Made by a program: the position numbers and the translations under genes. A model generated the notes under the pieces. The model saw only the letters and a list, made by a program, of their open reading frames with translations. It was not told the DNA's origin and searched no databases. DNA of 63,986 nt, the filler included. It is 6 parts of 6 records of this genome, joined end to end, with 100 filler letters (N's around TTAATTAATTAA, not from the genome) between each part and the next. Parts side by side here need not be neighbours in the genome. Positions count along the whole stretch, not along the records: positions 24,803 to 31,501 come from DRR723986_1840; positions 31,602 to 52,328 come from DRR723986_1851; 4 more parts are not named here. One strand, written 5' to 3'. Of the stretch, positions 28,727-38,881 are shown piece after piece. Positions within the stretch are counted from its first letter, which is position 1; each line of letters begins with the position of its first letter.

Positions 28727-29287
28727 ATGAAAATTGCCGTGTTTTGTGGTTCAAGCATCGGTGAAAACCCGGAATTCGCCCAGGCAACCCGTGCTCTGGG
28801 GCACTACCTGGCAACCAACGGAGTGGATCTGGTGTACGGCGGCGGCAACGTCGGCCTGATGGGCGTGGTCGCAGACGCCTTTCTGGAAAAGGGCGCCCAA
28901 GTGTACGGCGTGATTCCCGAATACCTGAAAGATCGGGAGCTGGCTCACCCCGGCCTGACCGAGCTGAAAATTGTTGCTGATATGCACGAACGAAAAGCCG
29001 CCATGGCCCGAATGGCCGATGCCTTTGTGGCCCTGCCCGGCGGCGTGGGTACCCTGGAAGAAATCTTCGAAGCCTGGACCTGGGCTCAACTCGGCTATCA
29101 CGCAAAACCCTGCGCCTTTTACAACGTCAATGGTTTCTACGATAAATTGTTCGAGATGATCTCGAACATGACCGATTCCGGCTTCCTGAAACCGCACCAT
29201 GCCGAGATGATTATCCACACGGATAACGAAGCGCAACTGCTCTCGGCCATCCAGTCCTACCAAGCGCCCAAACTGAAGTGGAGCTGA
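28727..29287 (+). CDS. LOG family nucleotide phosphoribohydrolase (TIGR00730 type)
   Basis: VFCGSS, VYGGGNVGLMG, MHERK and PGGVGTLEE motifs. Confidence 0.92.
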   Translation: MKIAVFCGSSIGENPEFAQATRALGHYLATNGVDLVYGGGNVGLMGVVADAFLEKGAQVYGVIPEYLKDRELAHPGLTELKIVADMHERKAAMARMADAFVALPGGVGTLEEIFEAWTWAQLGYHAKPCAFYNVNGFYDKLFEMISNMTDSGFLKPHHAEMIIHTDNEAQLLSAIQSYQAPKLKWS

Positions 29288-29376
29288 ACCGGCGGGCCGA
29301 ACCAAGCCCCGAAAGACCGGGACGACCGTCGGCCTGATTCCTGCCCGGCTTTATCACGAACTTTACTCACAAAACC

Positions 29377-29385
29377 TGTGGATAA
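29377..29385 (-). promoter_or_regulatory. Consensus DnaA box in an intergenic region
   Basis: TGTGGATAA is the reverse complement of TTATCCACA; degenerate TTACTCACA at 29363-29371. Confidence 0.4.
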
Positions 29386-29521
29386 CTGTGTTGGAAACCT
29401 CGGGTTAAGCGCCCGGAAGCCCCGTAGCAAAAGGGCTCGGGAAAGTTGATGCTAAAACGGGCAATCCCGTGACCATCCACCTGCCATAGCGTTCTCCAAT
29501 CATCAATTCTATTGATTCAGC

Positions 29522-29824
29522 CTAGGGCACAAGAGGGTAAGCCGCCCTCACCCGCCCCATCACAATCCGGGCATCCTCCGGCTTCAAACCCTGCTTTCGC
29601 AATTGCGGCATCACCATCGCGCCGACCTTCTGGCAACGGGAGCTATCAATTCCGTGCTTTTGAAACACATCGGCAATGGCCTGTGGTTGGACATCCGGAT
29701 TGGCTTTCAGCAGGTTGCCGATGTCGATGGCACAGGCCTGCTCTTCAGGGGCAGTGTTCTGTTTACTACGCCAGATCAGGACAGCCACGATGGCGACGAA
29801 AACACCGATGATCAGAAACTTCAT
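29522..29824 (-). CDS. Hypothetical protein with N-terminal membrane anchor
   Basis: 100 aa, hydrophobic N-terminus, co-oriented downstream of trxC. Confidence 0.65.
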   Translation of the reverse strand: MKFLIIGVFVAIVAVLIWRSKQNTAPEEQACAIDIGNLLKANPDVQPQAIADVFQKHGIDSSRCQKVGAMVMPQLRKQGLKPEDARIVMGRVRAAYPLVP

Positions 29825-29851
29825 ACTAAGGCACCTTTGTCCCGATTTTTC

Positions 29852-30292
29852 CTAGCGAATACCCTGCGATTGCAGCCACTGACTGATCTGGGCCTGATTC
29901 ATGGCGCCGCTCTGGCGCGCCACCTCCCGGCCGTTCTGGAACAGAATCAGGGTCGGTATGCTGCGAATCGCAAACTGACCGGCCGGCCCGGGGGCTTGTT
30001 CCGTATTCAGCTTGGCAAAGCGCACTTTCCCGCGCCAGGCCTTCGCGGCCTGCTCGAACTGGGGCGCCATCATTTTGCACGGGCCACACCAGCTGGCCCA
30101 GAAATCCACTAACACGGGCAGATCGCTGCGCCCGGTATGGGGAGCAAAGTTCTGCTGCGTTAACTCAAGAACCTGATCAGGCCACAGCGGTTGTTTGCAG
30201 GCGCCACAATTGCCGCCGGAGGACAACTTGTCGGCCGGTACGCGATTCACTTTGTGGCAATGGGGACATACCAGGTGTCGAACGTCAGTCAT
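29852..30292 (-). CDS. trxC: Thioredoxin 2
   Basis: N-terminal CPHC and CGAC zinc finger; WCGPC active site. Confidence 0.92.
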   Translation of the reverse strand: MTDVRHLVCPHCHKVNRVPADKLSSGGNCGACKQPLWPDQVLELTQQNFAPHTGRSDLPVLVDFWASWCGPCKMMAPQFEQAAKAWRGKVRFAKLNTEQAPGPAGQFAIRSIPTLILFQNGREVARQSGAMNQAQISQWLQSQGIR

Positions 30293-30849
30293 GATGAACA
30301 GGCCTCTGATTAGCTGATTGTAGAAATAATCAGGGCAGGAGGAGAGAAATCAAGCGACACTAAAAACCGTGCATCTCACGAACACGCATCAACCGCTTTC
30401 CGCTACTATCAAAGTAAGTCGGTGTCAGAGGCTCAACCGCCATGGGGCTGTCGATAAAACAGTCGGAATTTACAGCCCCAGCGCCAGGCGGTCTCCATGT
30501 GTTTCGGTTTTCCGAAGTTTTTTTATAGGAATGCGCCCCAAACTATTAGGTTGCATTTCAAATAAACAATCAGAGGGAATCTTGATGACACAGATTATCG
30601 AACAGTTTCTCGAAGTTTCGAGTACTTACCTGCTATCACCCTGCGACAGTGACTGCTGCCACCAATCCGCCGCCTGATCTGGTTGCCCCTGAAACCACAG
30701 GGTAATGCCAGGCAACGGCCAGAGTGCTGCCCCCCTAGTTTAAAAAGCTTACCCCCCTTGTGTAACGAGTGGGTTCTCCGTAAAAAGGCATAGGAATCAC
30801 AGCGGCCAACCCTCAGGCAAGGCCGTCATCAACCCCAGGAGTGTTAACC

Positions 30850-31257
30850 GTGATTGTTCGCGAGCGCCCCGGCCCACTCCGGCTGTTGCTGGCCTGGAAA
30901 GGGTCTGTTGTCCCCCACATTCTGCCGCACATTGTGCTTACGGGAATGTTTGCAGCCGCCGTTACCTGGGTTTCGCGCCACCACTACCTCGACGGCATGG
31001 TCGACTACACACTTCTGCCGTTCACGATCATGGGCATCGCCCTGTCCATCTTTTTAAGCGTGCGCAACACCGCCATCGTGGCCTACACGTTTTTCGGGCT
31101 GGATCGCCTGTCTGAACAGCTTGAGTTTCCCTTTGGCCGACACACCAACGACCTGCCGCTGGATGCCATCTGCCGCATTCATGAAATCAGTGTTGCCGAA
31201 GCCCTGGGCGACCCGGCGCCCGAACCGCTGCAGCCGGTCAAATACCAGTTGCAGTAA
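30850..31257 (+). pseudogene. Bestrophin (YneE-like) channel gene with a large in-frame internal deletion
   Basis: The N-terminal part (MIVRERP...GIALSIFLSVRNTA) joins directly to the C-terminal part (IVAYTFFGLD...LEFPFG..NDLPLD). About 135 aa versus about 300 aa typical. GTG start after AGGAG. Confidence 0.7.
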
Positions 31258-31268
31258 GGGCCCGGCAG

Positions 31269-31501
31269 TTACAACGGCCTGCGCCCGGTTCTCTCCAGCC
31301 GCTCGCTCACCCATTTGTGATACAGCTTCGCCAGCGCTGGCCGAATTACCGGCAAACCAATCAGCCAGGCAAGCGGTTTCAGCAGCCAGACCCGCGACAT
31401 CAACAGAATATAGGCATCCAGTTCCCGGTGGATGTTGCCCTGGCCATCTTCCACATGGAGCTCCTGAAGCGCGGCTTGCGGATCAATACCACGTTCCTCC
31501 A
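31269..31501 (-). CDS. DUF393/DCC family thiol-disulfide oxidoreductase-like protein, 3' fragment
   Basis: EERGIDPQAALQELHVEDGQG...DAYILLM...P.IRP...YHKW; frame open to the spacer. Confidence 0.65.
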
Positions 31502-31601
31502 NNNNNNNNNNNNNNNNNNNNNNNNNNNNNNNNNNNNNNNNNNNNTTAATTAATTAANNNNNNNNNNNNNNNNNNNNNNNNNNNNNNNNNNNNNNNNNNN
31601 N
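31502..31601. other. Artificial contig spacer
   Basis: N44-TTAATTAATTAA-N44. Confidence 0.98.
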
Positions 31602-34320
31602 TGAATATGGCGGCAATCGCCATGGCTTCCTTGCATTTAGTGAAATTCATCCTGATTACTATCAAATTCCTTTGGAAGATCGTCGTGAATTGATCGAAGC
31701 CGAAACAAAGGCTGCGCTTGAACGGTCGCGGGAAATTGACGCGAAAATTGAGCAGGAAGCCGAAGAGGAAGAAAAGAAGAAAAAACCTCGTCGTGGTCGT
31801 CGTTCAAAAAAGGCTGACAATGATACGGAAGAATTGCAATCGGCTGATTCATCATCTGACGCTGGAACGCAAGATGAAAAAAGCGAAGAAGGCCCCCCTG
31901 AAACCAAAACTGATAAAGTTAATGATACCGTTGATGCAAACGATGATGATAACGATGACGAAGACAGCATTGATGACGGCAAAGACACAAAAGACAGTGA
32001 TGAAGAAGACACTGACGATGAAATTGCCGAAGCCGCCGCTCGTCGTCAGGCCCTAAAGGCTCTAAAGCGTCGCTACAGCATTCAAGAGGTTATTAAACGT
32101 CGCCAGGTTCTTCTGGTGCAGGTTGTTAAGGAGGAGCGCGGTAATAAAGGCGCAGCTCTTACCACTTATATGTCTTTGGCTGGCCGTTACTGCGTTTTGA
32201 TGCCCAACAGCACTCACGCCGGCGGTATCAGCCGTAAAATTTCCAATGCTTCTGATCGCAGAAACCTGAAGAAAATCATTTCCTCGCTTAAAGTACCCGA
32301 TGAAATGGGTTTGATTGTTCGCACCGCTGGCATGGAGCGGACGAAAACGGAAATTAAACGCGATTTTGACTATCTTGTCCGTTTATGGAGTGGCATTCGT
32401 GATTTAACCTTGAAATCAGTTGCCCCGTCTTTGGTTTACGAGGAAGGCAACCTGATTAAACGCACAATCCGCGACTTATATACCCGCGATATTGATGAAA
32501 TTCAGGTTGAAGGCGAAGATGGCTATAGGTCAGCAAAAGAGTTTATGAAAATGCTGATGCCAAGCCATGCAAAAAAAGTGCAGCATTATATTGACCCTAT
32601 TCCGCTCTTTCATCGATATCAGGTGGAAAACCACCTTGAGGCCATGTACCAACCAGTGGTTCAACTTCGGTCCGGTGGATACATTGTTATTAACCCTACG
32701 GAAGCGTTAATCTCAATTGACGTGAACTCTGGTCGGGCGACTAAAGAACATAATATCGAGGAAACTGCAGTTAAGACCAATCTGGAAGCGGCAGAAGAAG
32801 TAGCACGCCAACTTCGGCTGCGCGACTTGGCCGGACTGGTTGTGATTGACTTTATCGATATGGAAAATCGGTCAAACAACCGTTCTGTAGAACGTCGCAT
32901 GAAAGACGTTCTCAAATCAGATCGTGCACGCATACAAGTAGGCCGTATTTCCAGCTTTGGTTTAATGGAAATGTCACGGCAGCGCCTGAGGTCAAACCTT
33001 CAGGAAATGTCAATGGACACCTGCTCCACGTGCGGCGGGATCGGGATTGTTAGATCTGTTGAATCGGCAGCGCTAATGGCCCTGCGACAGCTTGAGGAAG
33101 AAGGCATTAGAGGCCGAAGCTCAATTGTTCGGGTTGCAGTATGCCCTGAAGTTGCAGTTTATCTGCTCAATAAAAAGCGTAAAATTCTTACCGGCTTTGA
33201 AAATAAGTACGGAATCGAAATCGAAGTTCTTGCCCAATCTTCAATGGGTCCTTCTGATCTTGAATTGACGTATGAAGCTGGAGGTGACGGCAAGCCCGTT
33301 CAAGCAGACAACGTTGTTAAACCTGATACGCAGGCTGATGTTTCAGATAGTGCAACAACCGTGGCGGAACAAACTTCATCCCATAACGCAAAAGCCGACG
33401 ACGAAAAGCCACAAAGAACGCGTCGTAGGCGCAGACGCAGACGCCGCGGTGGTGATGACAATCAACACACACCAACAGACACGGATAACACGGAAAATGA
33501 AAATGAGGGCGGTCAAAACAAAGACGGCTCAGCTCCTAAAGATGGTGACGGCGACGAACAGCGCAAACCGCGTAGACGTCGAGGCAGCCGCGGCGGCAGA
33601 CGCCGTTCAGAGCGAAAGCGGGATAACAATTCCGACCAGCAACAAACTCAGCAGACTGGGGATATTGATGACACGACGCCGGCTACTAACGATTCACCAG
33701 TAAATGCAGAACTAAGCAAAGCTGATGGCAACGTAGGTACTGAAAAGCCCCGTACACGCCGGCGCAGAGTGCGCAAATCTGATGATAATTCATCCGCTGA
33801 TTCTGGCACTTCAGATGCAAAGACTACTGACCTTGCGGTAGAGCCGGTGGACGACACGGAAACTAAACCTCGCCGGGGGCGCCGGAAGAAAGCTGATACT
33901 GAGAAGGCTGAAACTTCATCAGATAGCGCCCTGTCAGACAATGGTAAGCGCGATGAAAAAGCCGATGAGCAGGCAAAACCTCGTGGACGCCGCAAAGTTG
34001 CGGGCAACGATAAAGCTGAAAAAAGCGCTGATACTAAAGCGGAAACTGAGGCGAAAAAGCCGCGTGGTAGACGCAAGAAAGCCGACGATACTGCGGATAA
34101 AACTGCGCTGGTTGATGACACCGTTAAGGAGTCTGTAAAAAAGCCGACACGTGGTAGGCCTAAAAAAGCATCCAGCGAGGCTAAAGAAGCACCTGCTTCG
34201 GCTTCCGTTAAGGAAGCACCCTCGGCCAAAACGGAAGAAGTAAAGAAGCCAGCCCCTAAAGATAGTGGCGGTGATGACCAGCCTAAACGTAAGGGCTGGT
34301 GGCAGCGTAACTTTGGTTAA
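31602..34320 (+). CDS. rne: Ribonuclease E, 5'-truncated
   Basis: EYGGNRHGFLAFSEIHPDYYQIP from 31603; QVVKEERGNKGAALTT, IDVNSG and VIDFIDM motifs; CxxC zinc link; Arg-rich disordered tail ending KGWWQR. Confidence 0.96.
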
Positions 34321-34355
34321 CTAAACAGTTGGTTAGCCAATAATTGCAGAAATAT

Positions 34356-34388
34356 AGAAGCGACGAAAAGTCATCGTCGCTTCTTTTA
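34356..34388 (+). terminator. Intrinsic terminator after rne
   Basis: AGAAGCGACGA-aaagtca-TCGTCGCTTCT-TTT. Confidence 0.75.
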
Positions 34389-34526
34389 TGCCTAATCTTT
34401 CCTACGGAAGAGCTAATTAAACCAAAACCATAGAAATACCGCATTTCAATCACAGGCTTGTTAACCGATATTCATTGACGGTTAAGCCTTCACAGCCTAG
34501 CGTTCCTGCAACTTTGGAGCAGTTTT

Positions 34527-35924
34527 TTGATCAAATTTTTTCGACATCTAGTGATAACGCTTGTCGTTACTCTTAGTACGGCTTCGCATGTTACCGCACA
34601 GTCTTTACTTCGAGATGCCGAAACCGAGGCTTTTTTTCGGGAAGTTTCCTACCCTGTTTTCAGAGCCGCGGGCCTTACGCCTCAATCTGTTCATATGTAT
34701 TTGCTTGGTGACAAATCGATCAATGCGTTTGTGACCGGCGGGCAAAATATATTTTTCCATTCGGGTTTAATTTTGGCTGCTGATGATGTTGATGAATTTC
34801 TAGGGGTGTTAGCCCACGAAACCTGCCATATTTCTTGTGGCCACCGTATTAGTCGAGGCGAAGCGGCAACAACCGCAGGGGCATTCAGCATTCTATCATT
34901 AGTTTTAGGAGCAGCGGCCATTGCCCTGGGTGGCGGTGATGCAGGAATAGGCATTCTGGCGGCTGGCCAAACTGTGGCGCAGCGGCAATTTCTTGCCTAC
35001 ACACGCGGACAGGAAAGTGAAGCTGATCTTGCTGGGGCTCGCTATCTTGAAGCGGTAGGTGTTTCACCCACTGGCATGATTCGCTTCTTTGATAAATTGC
35101 GCGATCAGGAAATTCTCGCTCAAGTTCGACAAGACCCTTATGTCCGCAGCCACCCACTGAATCGCACTCGTATTTTGCAGCTTCAACAAACGGCATCAAA
35201 CAGTGCTCATTTTAATACGCCGCCAAATCAATATAACAATGAACGCTTTAAGCGCCTACAGGCAAAGCTTGGCGGCTACCTTGACCCACCGCGCCAAACC
35301 CTAAGAAAATACCCGGTTACAGACACCAGTATTTCAGCAAGATATGCACGGGTCTACGCATACAACAAAGCGCTGGAGTGGAGTTTGGCATTGGCTGAAG
35401 CCGACGCACTGATAGAGGCCGAGCCAAACAACCCATATTTTTATGAGATAAAAGGCCAAATCTTGTTTGAAAACGGCCGCGTTGCGGAATCAGTGCCGAT
35501 TTTTGAGGAAGCCGTTCGGCTTGCACCGCGTGAACCACTTATTGCCACGGCTTTAGGACAGGCGCTGGTTTCATTTGAAGACAATGATCGCATGCAACAA
35601 GCTCTGCCTATTTTGAAAGCTGCAACACGACAAGACCCGACCAACACATTTGCCTGGTTTAATCTGGCCAAGGCTTATAGTTGGCTGGAATTACAGCCTG
35701 AAGCTAGTTTAGCAACAGCTGAACGGTTTTATTCTGGCGGTGCTGCCGCCCAAGCCCTGAGCCATGCAAGGCGGGCAATGGACGGGTTTGACACAGGCAC
35801 GCCGGAATGGATAAGGGCACAAGATATTCTCATTGCAGCGGAGGAAGCTGCCAGCAACCAAAGTCGGCGTGGCCGACGGCGAATAACAACAAGTTTTGGC
35901 CATGAGCCACATAGTAACGAGTAA
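34527..35924 (+). CDS. M48 family metalloprotease with TPR repeats (BepA/YfgC-like)
   Basis: Signal peptide, INAFV, HETCH (HExxH), ESEAD, SHP and a TPR C-terminus. Confidence 0.88.
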   Translation: MIKFFRHLVITLVVTLSTASHVTAQSLLRDAETEAFFREVSYPVFRAAGLTPQSVHMYLLGDKSINAFVTGGQNIFFHSGLILAADDVDEFLGVLAHETCHISCGHRISRGEAATTAGAFSILSLVLGAAAIALGGGDAGIGILAAGQTVAQRQFLAYTRGQESEADLAGARYLEAVGVSPTGMIRFFDKLRDQEILAQVRQDPYVRSHPLNRTRILQLQQTASNSAHFNTPPNQYNNERFKRLQAKLGGYLDPPRQTLRKYPVTDTSISARYARVYAYNKALEWSLALAEADALIEAEPNNPYFYEIKGQILFENGRVAESVPIFEEAVRLAPREPLIATALGQALVSFEDNDRMQQALPILKAATRQDPTNTFAWFNLAKAYSWLELQPEASLATAERFYSGGAAAQALSHARRAMDGFDTGTPEWIRAQDILIAAEEAASNQSRRGRRRITTSFGHEPHSNE

Positions 35925-35928
35925 AGTT

Positions 35929-36717
35929 ATGACTATTTTTGGAAAAATTTTGGGCCTTACGGCTTTGTATTTAGCCTTTATTTCTGCACCTTTTGCTTCA
36001 ACTGCATTCGCGCAAGAACAAAAAGTAAATGATGAGGAGCGTGAAAAAATTGAACAGGTTGTACAAGACTACCTTCTTGAAAACCCTGAAATAATCGCCA
36101 TTGCCATCCGCGAACTTCAGCGTCGTCAAACCATGGCGCAAATGGGCCCCGCCATTAAAATGTACCGCGACTATCTGGAAAAAGACCCTGAGGCTCCTGT
36201 AATAGGAAACCCTGAAGGTGATGTAACGGTAGTTGAATTTTTTGATTACCGCTGCGGCTTCTGTCGCAGGCATTTTCCCGAAGTTATGAAACTTGTCCGC
36301 GATGACGGCAATATTCGTTATATCCCTCGACAGTTCCCTATTCTTGACCGTCAGGGTGAGACACCTGTTTCCTATTTGGCCTCCCGCGCGGCATTGGCGG
36401 CCCATAAGCAAGGCAAGTTTGAAGACTTCCATATCGCTGCCATGACATCACAAGGTTCTCTTACTGAAGAGCAGCTCTATCAAATTGCCGCTAGATTGGG
36501 GCTTAATGTGACACAATTAAAAGCCGACATGAATGACCGTTTGGTCATCAAGGCAGTGCAAAACACATTAGCCATTGGCAAAGACATTGGCTTTGAAGGC
36601 ACACCCGGATATATCATCGGTGATGATGTGATTACCGGCGCAGAAGGCTATGGCCGCCTGCTGCAGGCTGTTAACCGCGCTCGTAAAGAAGCCGACGGTG
36701 CAAAGCCTGCCGACTGA
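35929..36717 (+). CDS. DsbA family (Com1-like) thiol-disulfide oxidoreductase
   Basis: YLLENPE, VEFFDYRCGFC, FPIL and GTP motifs. Confidence 0.88.
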   Translation: MTIFGKILGLTALYLAFISAPFASTAFAQEQKVNDEEREKIEQVVQDYLLENPEIIAIAIRELQRRQTMAQMGPAIKMYRDYLEKDPEAPVIGNPEGDVTVVEFFDYRCGFCRRHFPEVMKLVRDDGNIRYIPRQFPILDRQGETPVSYLASRAALAAHKQGKFEDFHIAAMTSQGSLTEEQLYQIAARLGLNVTQLKADMNDRLVIKAVQNTLAIGKDIGFEGTPGYIIGDDVITGAEGYGRLLQAVNRARKEADGAKPAD

Positions 36718-36738
36718 ACGTAACCCGGATTGATTCTG

Positions 36739-37527
36739 TCAAATCAAACCCGAAAGCGGTGAACTGGGGTCGGCGTATTTCTTTTTAGGCATACGCCCGG
36801 CCAAATAGGCCATTCTGCCGCTTTCAACGGCAAGCTTCATGGCTTGCGCCATCATGACAGGGTCTTTTGCATCCGCAATCGCCGTGTTCATCAACACGCC
36901 GTCACAGCCGAGTTCCATGGCAACTGATGCGTCTGACGCCGTGCCAACACCTGCATCAACCAACAATGGCACCTTAACCTGCTCAAGCATTAGCCTGATT
37001 TGCACGGGGTTTTGAATGCCGAGGCCAGAACCAATCGGCGCGCCCAGCGGCATAATCGCCACGCAGCCCATGTCTTCCAACTTCGCTGCCGCAATGGGGT
37101 CATCGCTGCAATAAACCATCACTTTGAAACCTTCTTTGATCAAGATCTCAGCGGCGGTAAAGGTCTCTAACATATTGGGGTATAATGTTTTTTGGTCTCC
37201 CAAAACTTCCAGCTTCACCAGGTCCCAGCCCCCTGCTTCTCGCGCCAAACGCAATGTGCGCACAGCAGAATCTGCATCAAAGCAACCCGCTGTATTCGGT
37301 AAATATGTAATTTTCTTTGGATCGAGATAATCAACAAGCATTGGTTGATTGGGGTCAGAAACATTCACCCGTCGCACCGCAACCGTAACGATTTCCGCGC
37401 CAGATGCTTCAACCGCAGCAGCCGTTTCTTCAAAGTCTTTATACTTGCCCGTGCCAACAATCAAACGGGAGGTATATGTGTTCCCGGCTAATTGCCACGA
37501 ATCGTTTACTGTTTCGGTTGGTGCCAC
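36739..37527 (-). CDS. thiG: Thiazole synthase
   Basis: [32 protein letters not shown] and DAGVG motifs. Confidence 0.97.
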   Translation of the reverse strand: MAPTETVNDSWQLAGNTYTSRLIVGTGKYKDFEETAAAVEASGAEIVTVAVRRVNVSDPNQPMLVDYLDPKKITYLPNTAGCFDADSAVRTLRLAREAGGWDLVKLEVLGDQKTLYPNMLETFTAAEILIKEGFKVMVYCSDDPIAAAKLEDMGCVAIMPLGAPIGSGLGIQNPVQIRLMLEQVKVPLLVDAGVGTASDASVAMELGCDGVLMNTAIADAKDPVMMAQAMKLAVESGRMAYLAGRMPKKKYADPSSPLSGLI

Positions 37528-37532
37528 TGTCG

Positions 37533-37739
37533 CTATCCTCCGCCGATAAAATGCACAATTTCCAGCTGGTCGCCGTCCTCAAGTATTGCCTCTCTAAAGG
37601 CAGATTTGGGCACTATCGCAAGGTTTCGTTCAACCGCAACTTTTTTGGGGTCAAGCTCAAGCCCTGTCAGAAACGACCATATGGTTTGCTTGGGCTGAAT
37701 TGAACGGGGCTCCCCGTTAACTGTTATAGATACACTCAT
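37533..37739 (-). CDS. thiS: Sulfur carrier protein
   Basis: ITVNGE, VAVERN and C-terminal EIVHFIGGG. Confidence 0.95.
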   Translation of the reverse strand: MSVSITVNGEPRSIQPKQTIWSFLTGLELDPKKVAVERNLAIVPKSAFREAILEDGDQLEIVHFIGGG

Positions 37740-37908
37740 ATCGTCTTTTTATAACTCAACCATTCGATAAATATTACAAGCTGATATCTTGCATTTTAGC
37801 CAAATAGCCATTAGTCAGCAGCAAGCTTTTTATGTTCCAGCTTTAAACGCCATCAATATGGCATTATACAGGTGGCTTCAAGAGATCTGTGGAAAGAGTG
37901 AGCCGCTG

Positions 37909-38352
37909 ATGCAGAAAAAAATTATTGTTCTGAATGGCCCGAACCTAAATTTACTCGGCACCCGCGAACCAAACACATATGGCACCACTACTCTAGACGA
38001 AATTCGTGAGATTGTTGTTGAGCATGCAGCCAACCACAACCTTGAGATAGATTTTCGTCAATCCAATATTGAAGGCACGTTAGTTGACTGGGTACAGGAA
38101 GCCGGAAAAACCGCTGACGGCGTTATTCTAAACGCTGCAGCCTATACACATACATCAATAGCACTGCACGATGCTGTAAGCGCTGTTGATGTTCCAGTTA
38201 TTGAGGTTCATTTATCAAATATATTCGCCCGGGAAGAATACCGGCACCACAGTTTCATTTCTGACGTTGCGGTTGGCGTCATTTGTGGCTTTGGGGCAAA
38301 GGGATATGTTCTTGCGGTTGACGCGTTAGCGAGTATGCTTAGTAACAAATGA
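37909..38352 (+). CDS. aroQ: Type II 3-dehydroquinate dehydratase
   Basis: LNGPNLNLLGTREP, QSN.EG, YTHTS and EVHLSN motifs. ATG at 37909. Confidence 0.96.
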   Translation: MQKKIIVLNGPNLNLLGTREPNTYGTTTLDEIREIVVEHAANHNLEIDFRQSNIEGTLVDWVQEAGKTADGVILNAAAYTHTSIALHDAVSAVDVPVIEVHLSNIFAREEYRHHSFISDVAVGVICGFGAKGYVLAVDALASMLSNK

Positions 38353-38396
38353 TGCAAACGATATGAATAATATCGATAGCCGAAGGGGAAGACCGA

Positions 38397-38870
38397 ATGT
38401 CAAAAATAAAACAGTATAAAGAGCTAATACGCGAGCTGGCAGAACTGCTCGATAAATCAACATTGTCAGAAATTGAAGTAGCTGAAGATGATTTCAGCAT
38501 TCGTGTTGCCCGCCAAGCCCCTGCTGCTGTTAATTATACGGCCCCCGCACCACAAGCAGCCCCGGCAGCACCAGCACAAGCCGCTGCTCCAGCTGCAGCA
38601 CCAGCCCCTGCCCCTGCGGCAAGCCCTGCAGACCACCCTGGCATGGTACCGTCACCAATGGTGGGTACTGCGTATGCAGCCTCTGGTCCTGAAGCAGAGA
38701 ATTTCATTAAAGTCGGTGATAAAATCAGTGAAGGCGACACATTGCTTATTATCGAAGCAATGAAAGTTATGAACCAGATCGCATCACCAAAATCTGGTAT
38801 CGTGAAAGAAATTTTATTTACCGATTCCCAGCCTGTGGAATTCGGTGAACCCCTTTGCATCATTGAGTAG
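38397..38870 (+). CDS. accB: Acetyl-CoA carboxylase biotin carboxyl carrier protein
   Basis: Ala/Pro linker, SPMVGT and EAMK biotinylation motif. Confidence 0.96.
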   Translation: MSKIKQYKELIRELAELLDKSTLSEIEVAEDDFSIRVARQAPAAVNYTAPAPQAAPAAPAQAAAPAAAPAPAPAASPADHPGMVPSPMVGTAYAASGPEAENFIKVGDKISEGDTLLIIEAMKVMNQIASPKSGIVKEILFTDSQPVEFGEPLCIIE

Positions 38871-38881
38871 GAAGAACACCG

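Noticed and set aside
34461-34485. TTAACCG-N11-CGGTTAA as a CtrA box
   Set aside because: The spacing does not fit TTAA-N7-TTAA; the inverted repeat is real but cannot be assigned.
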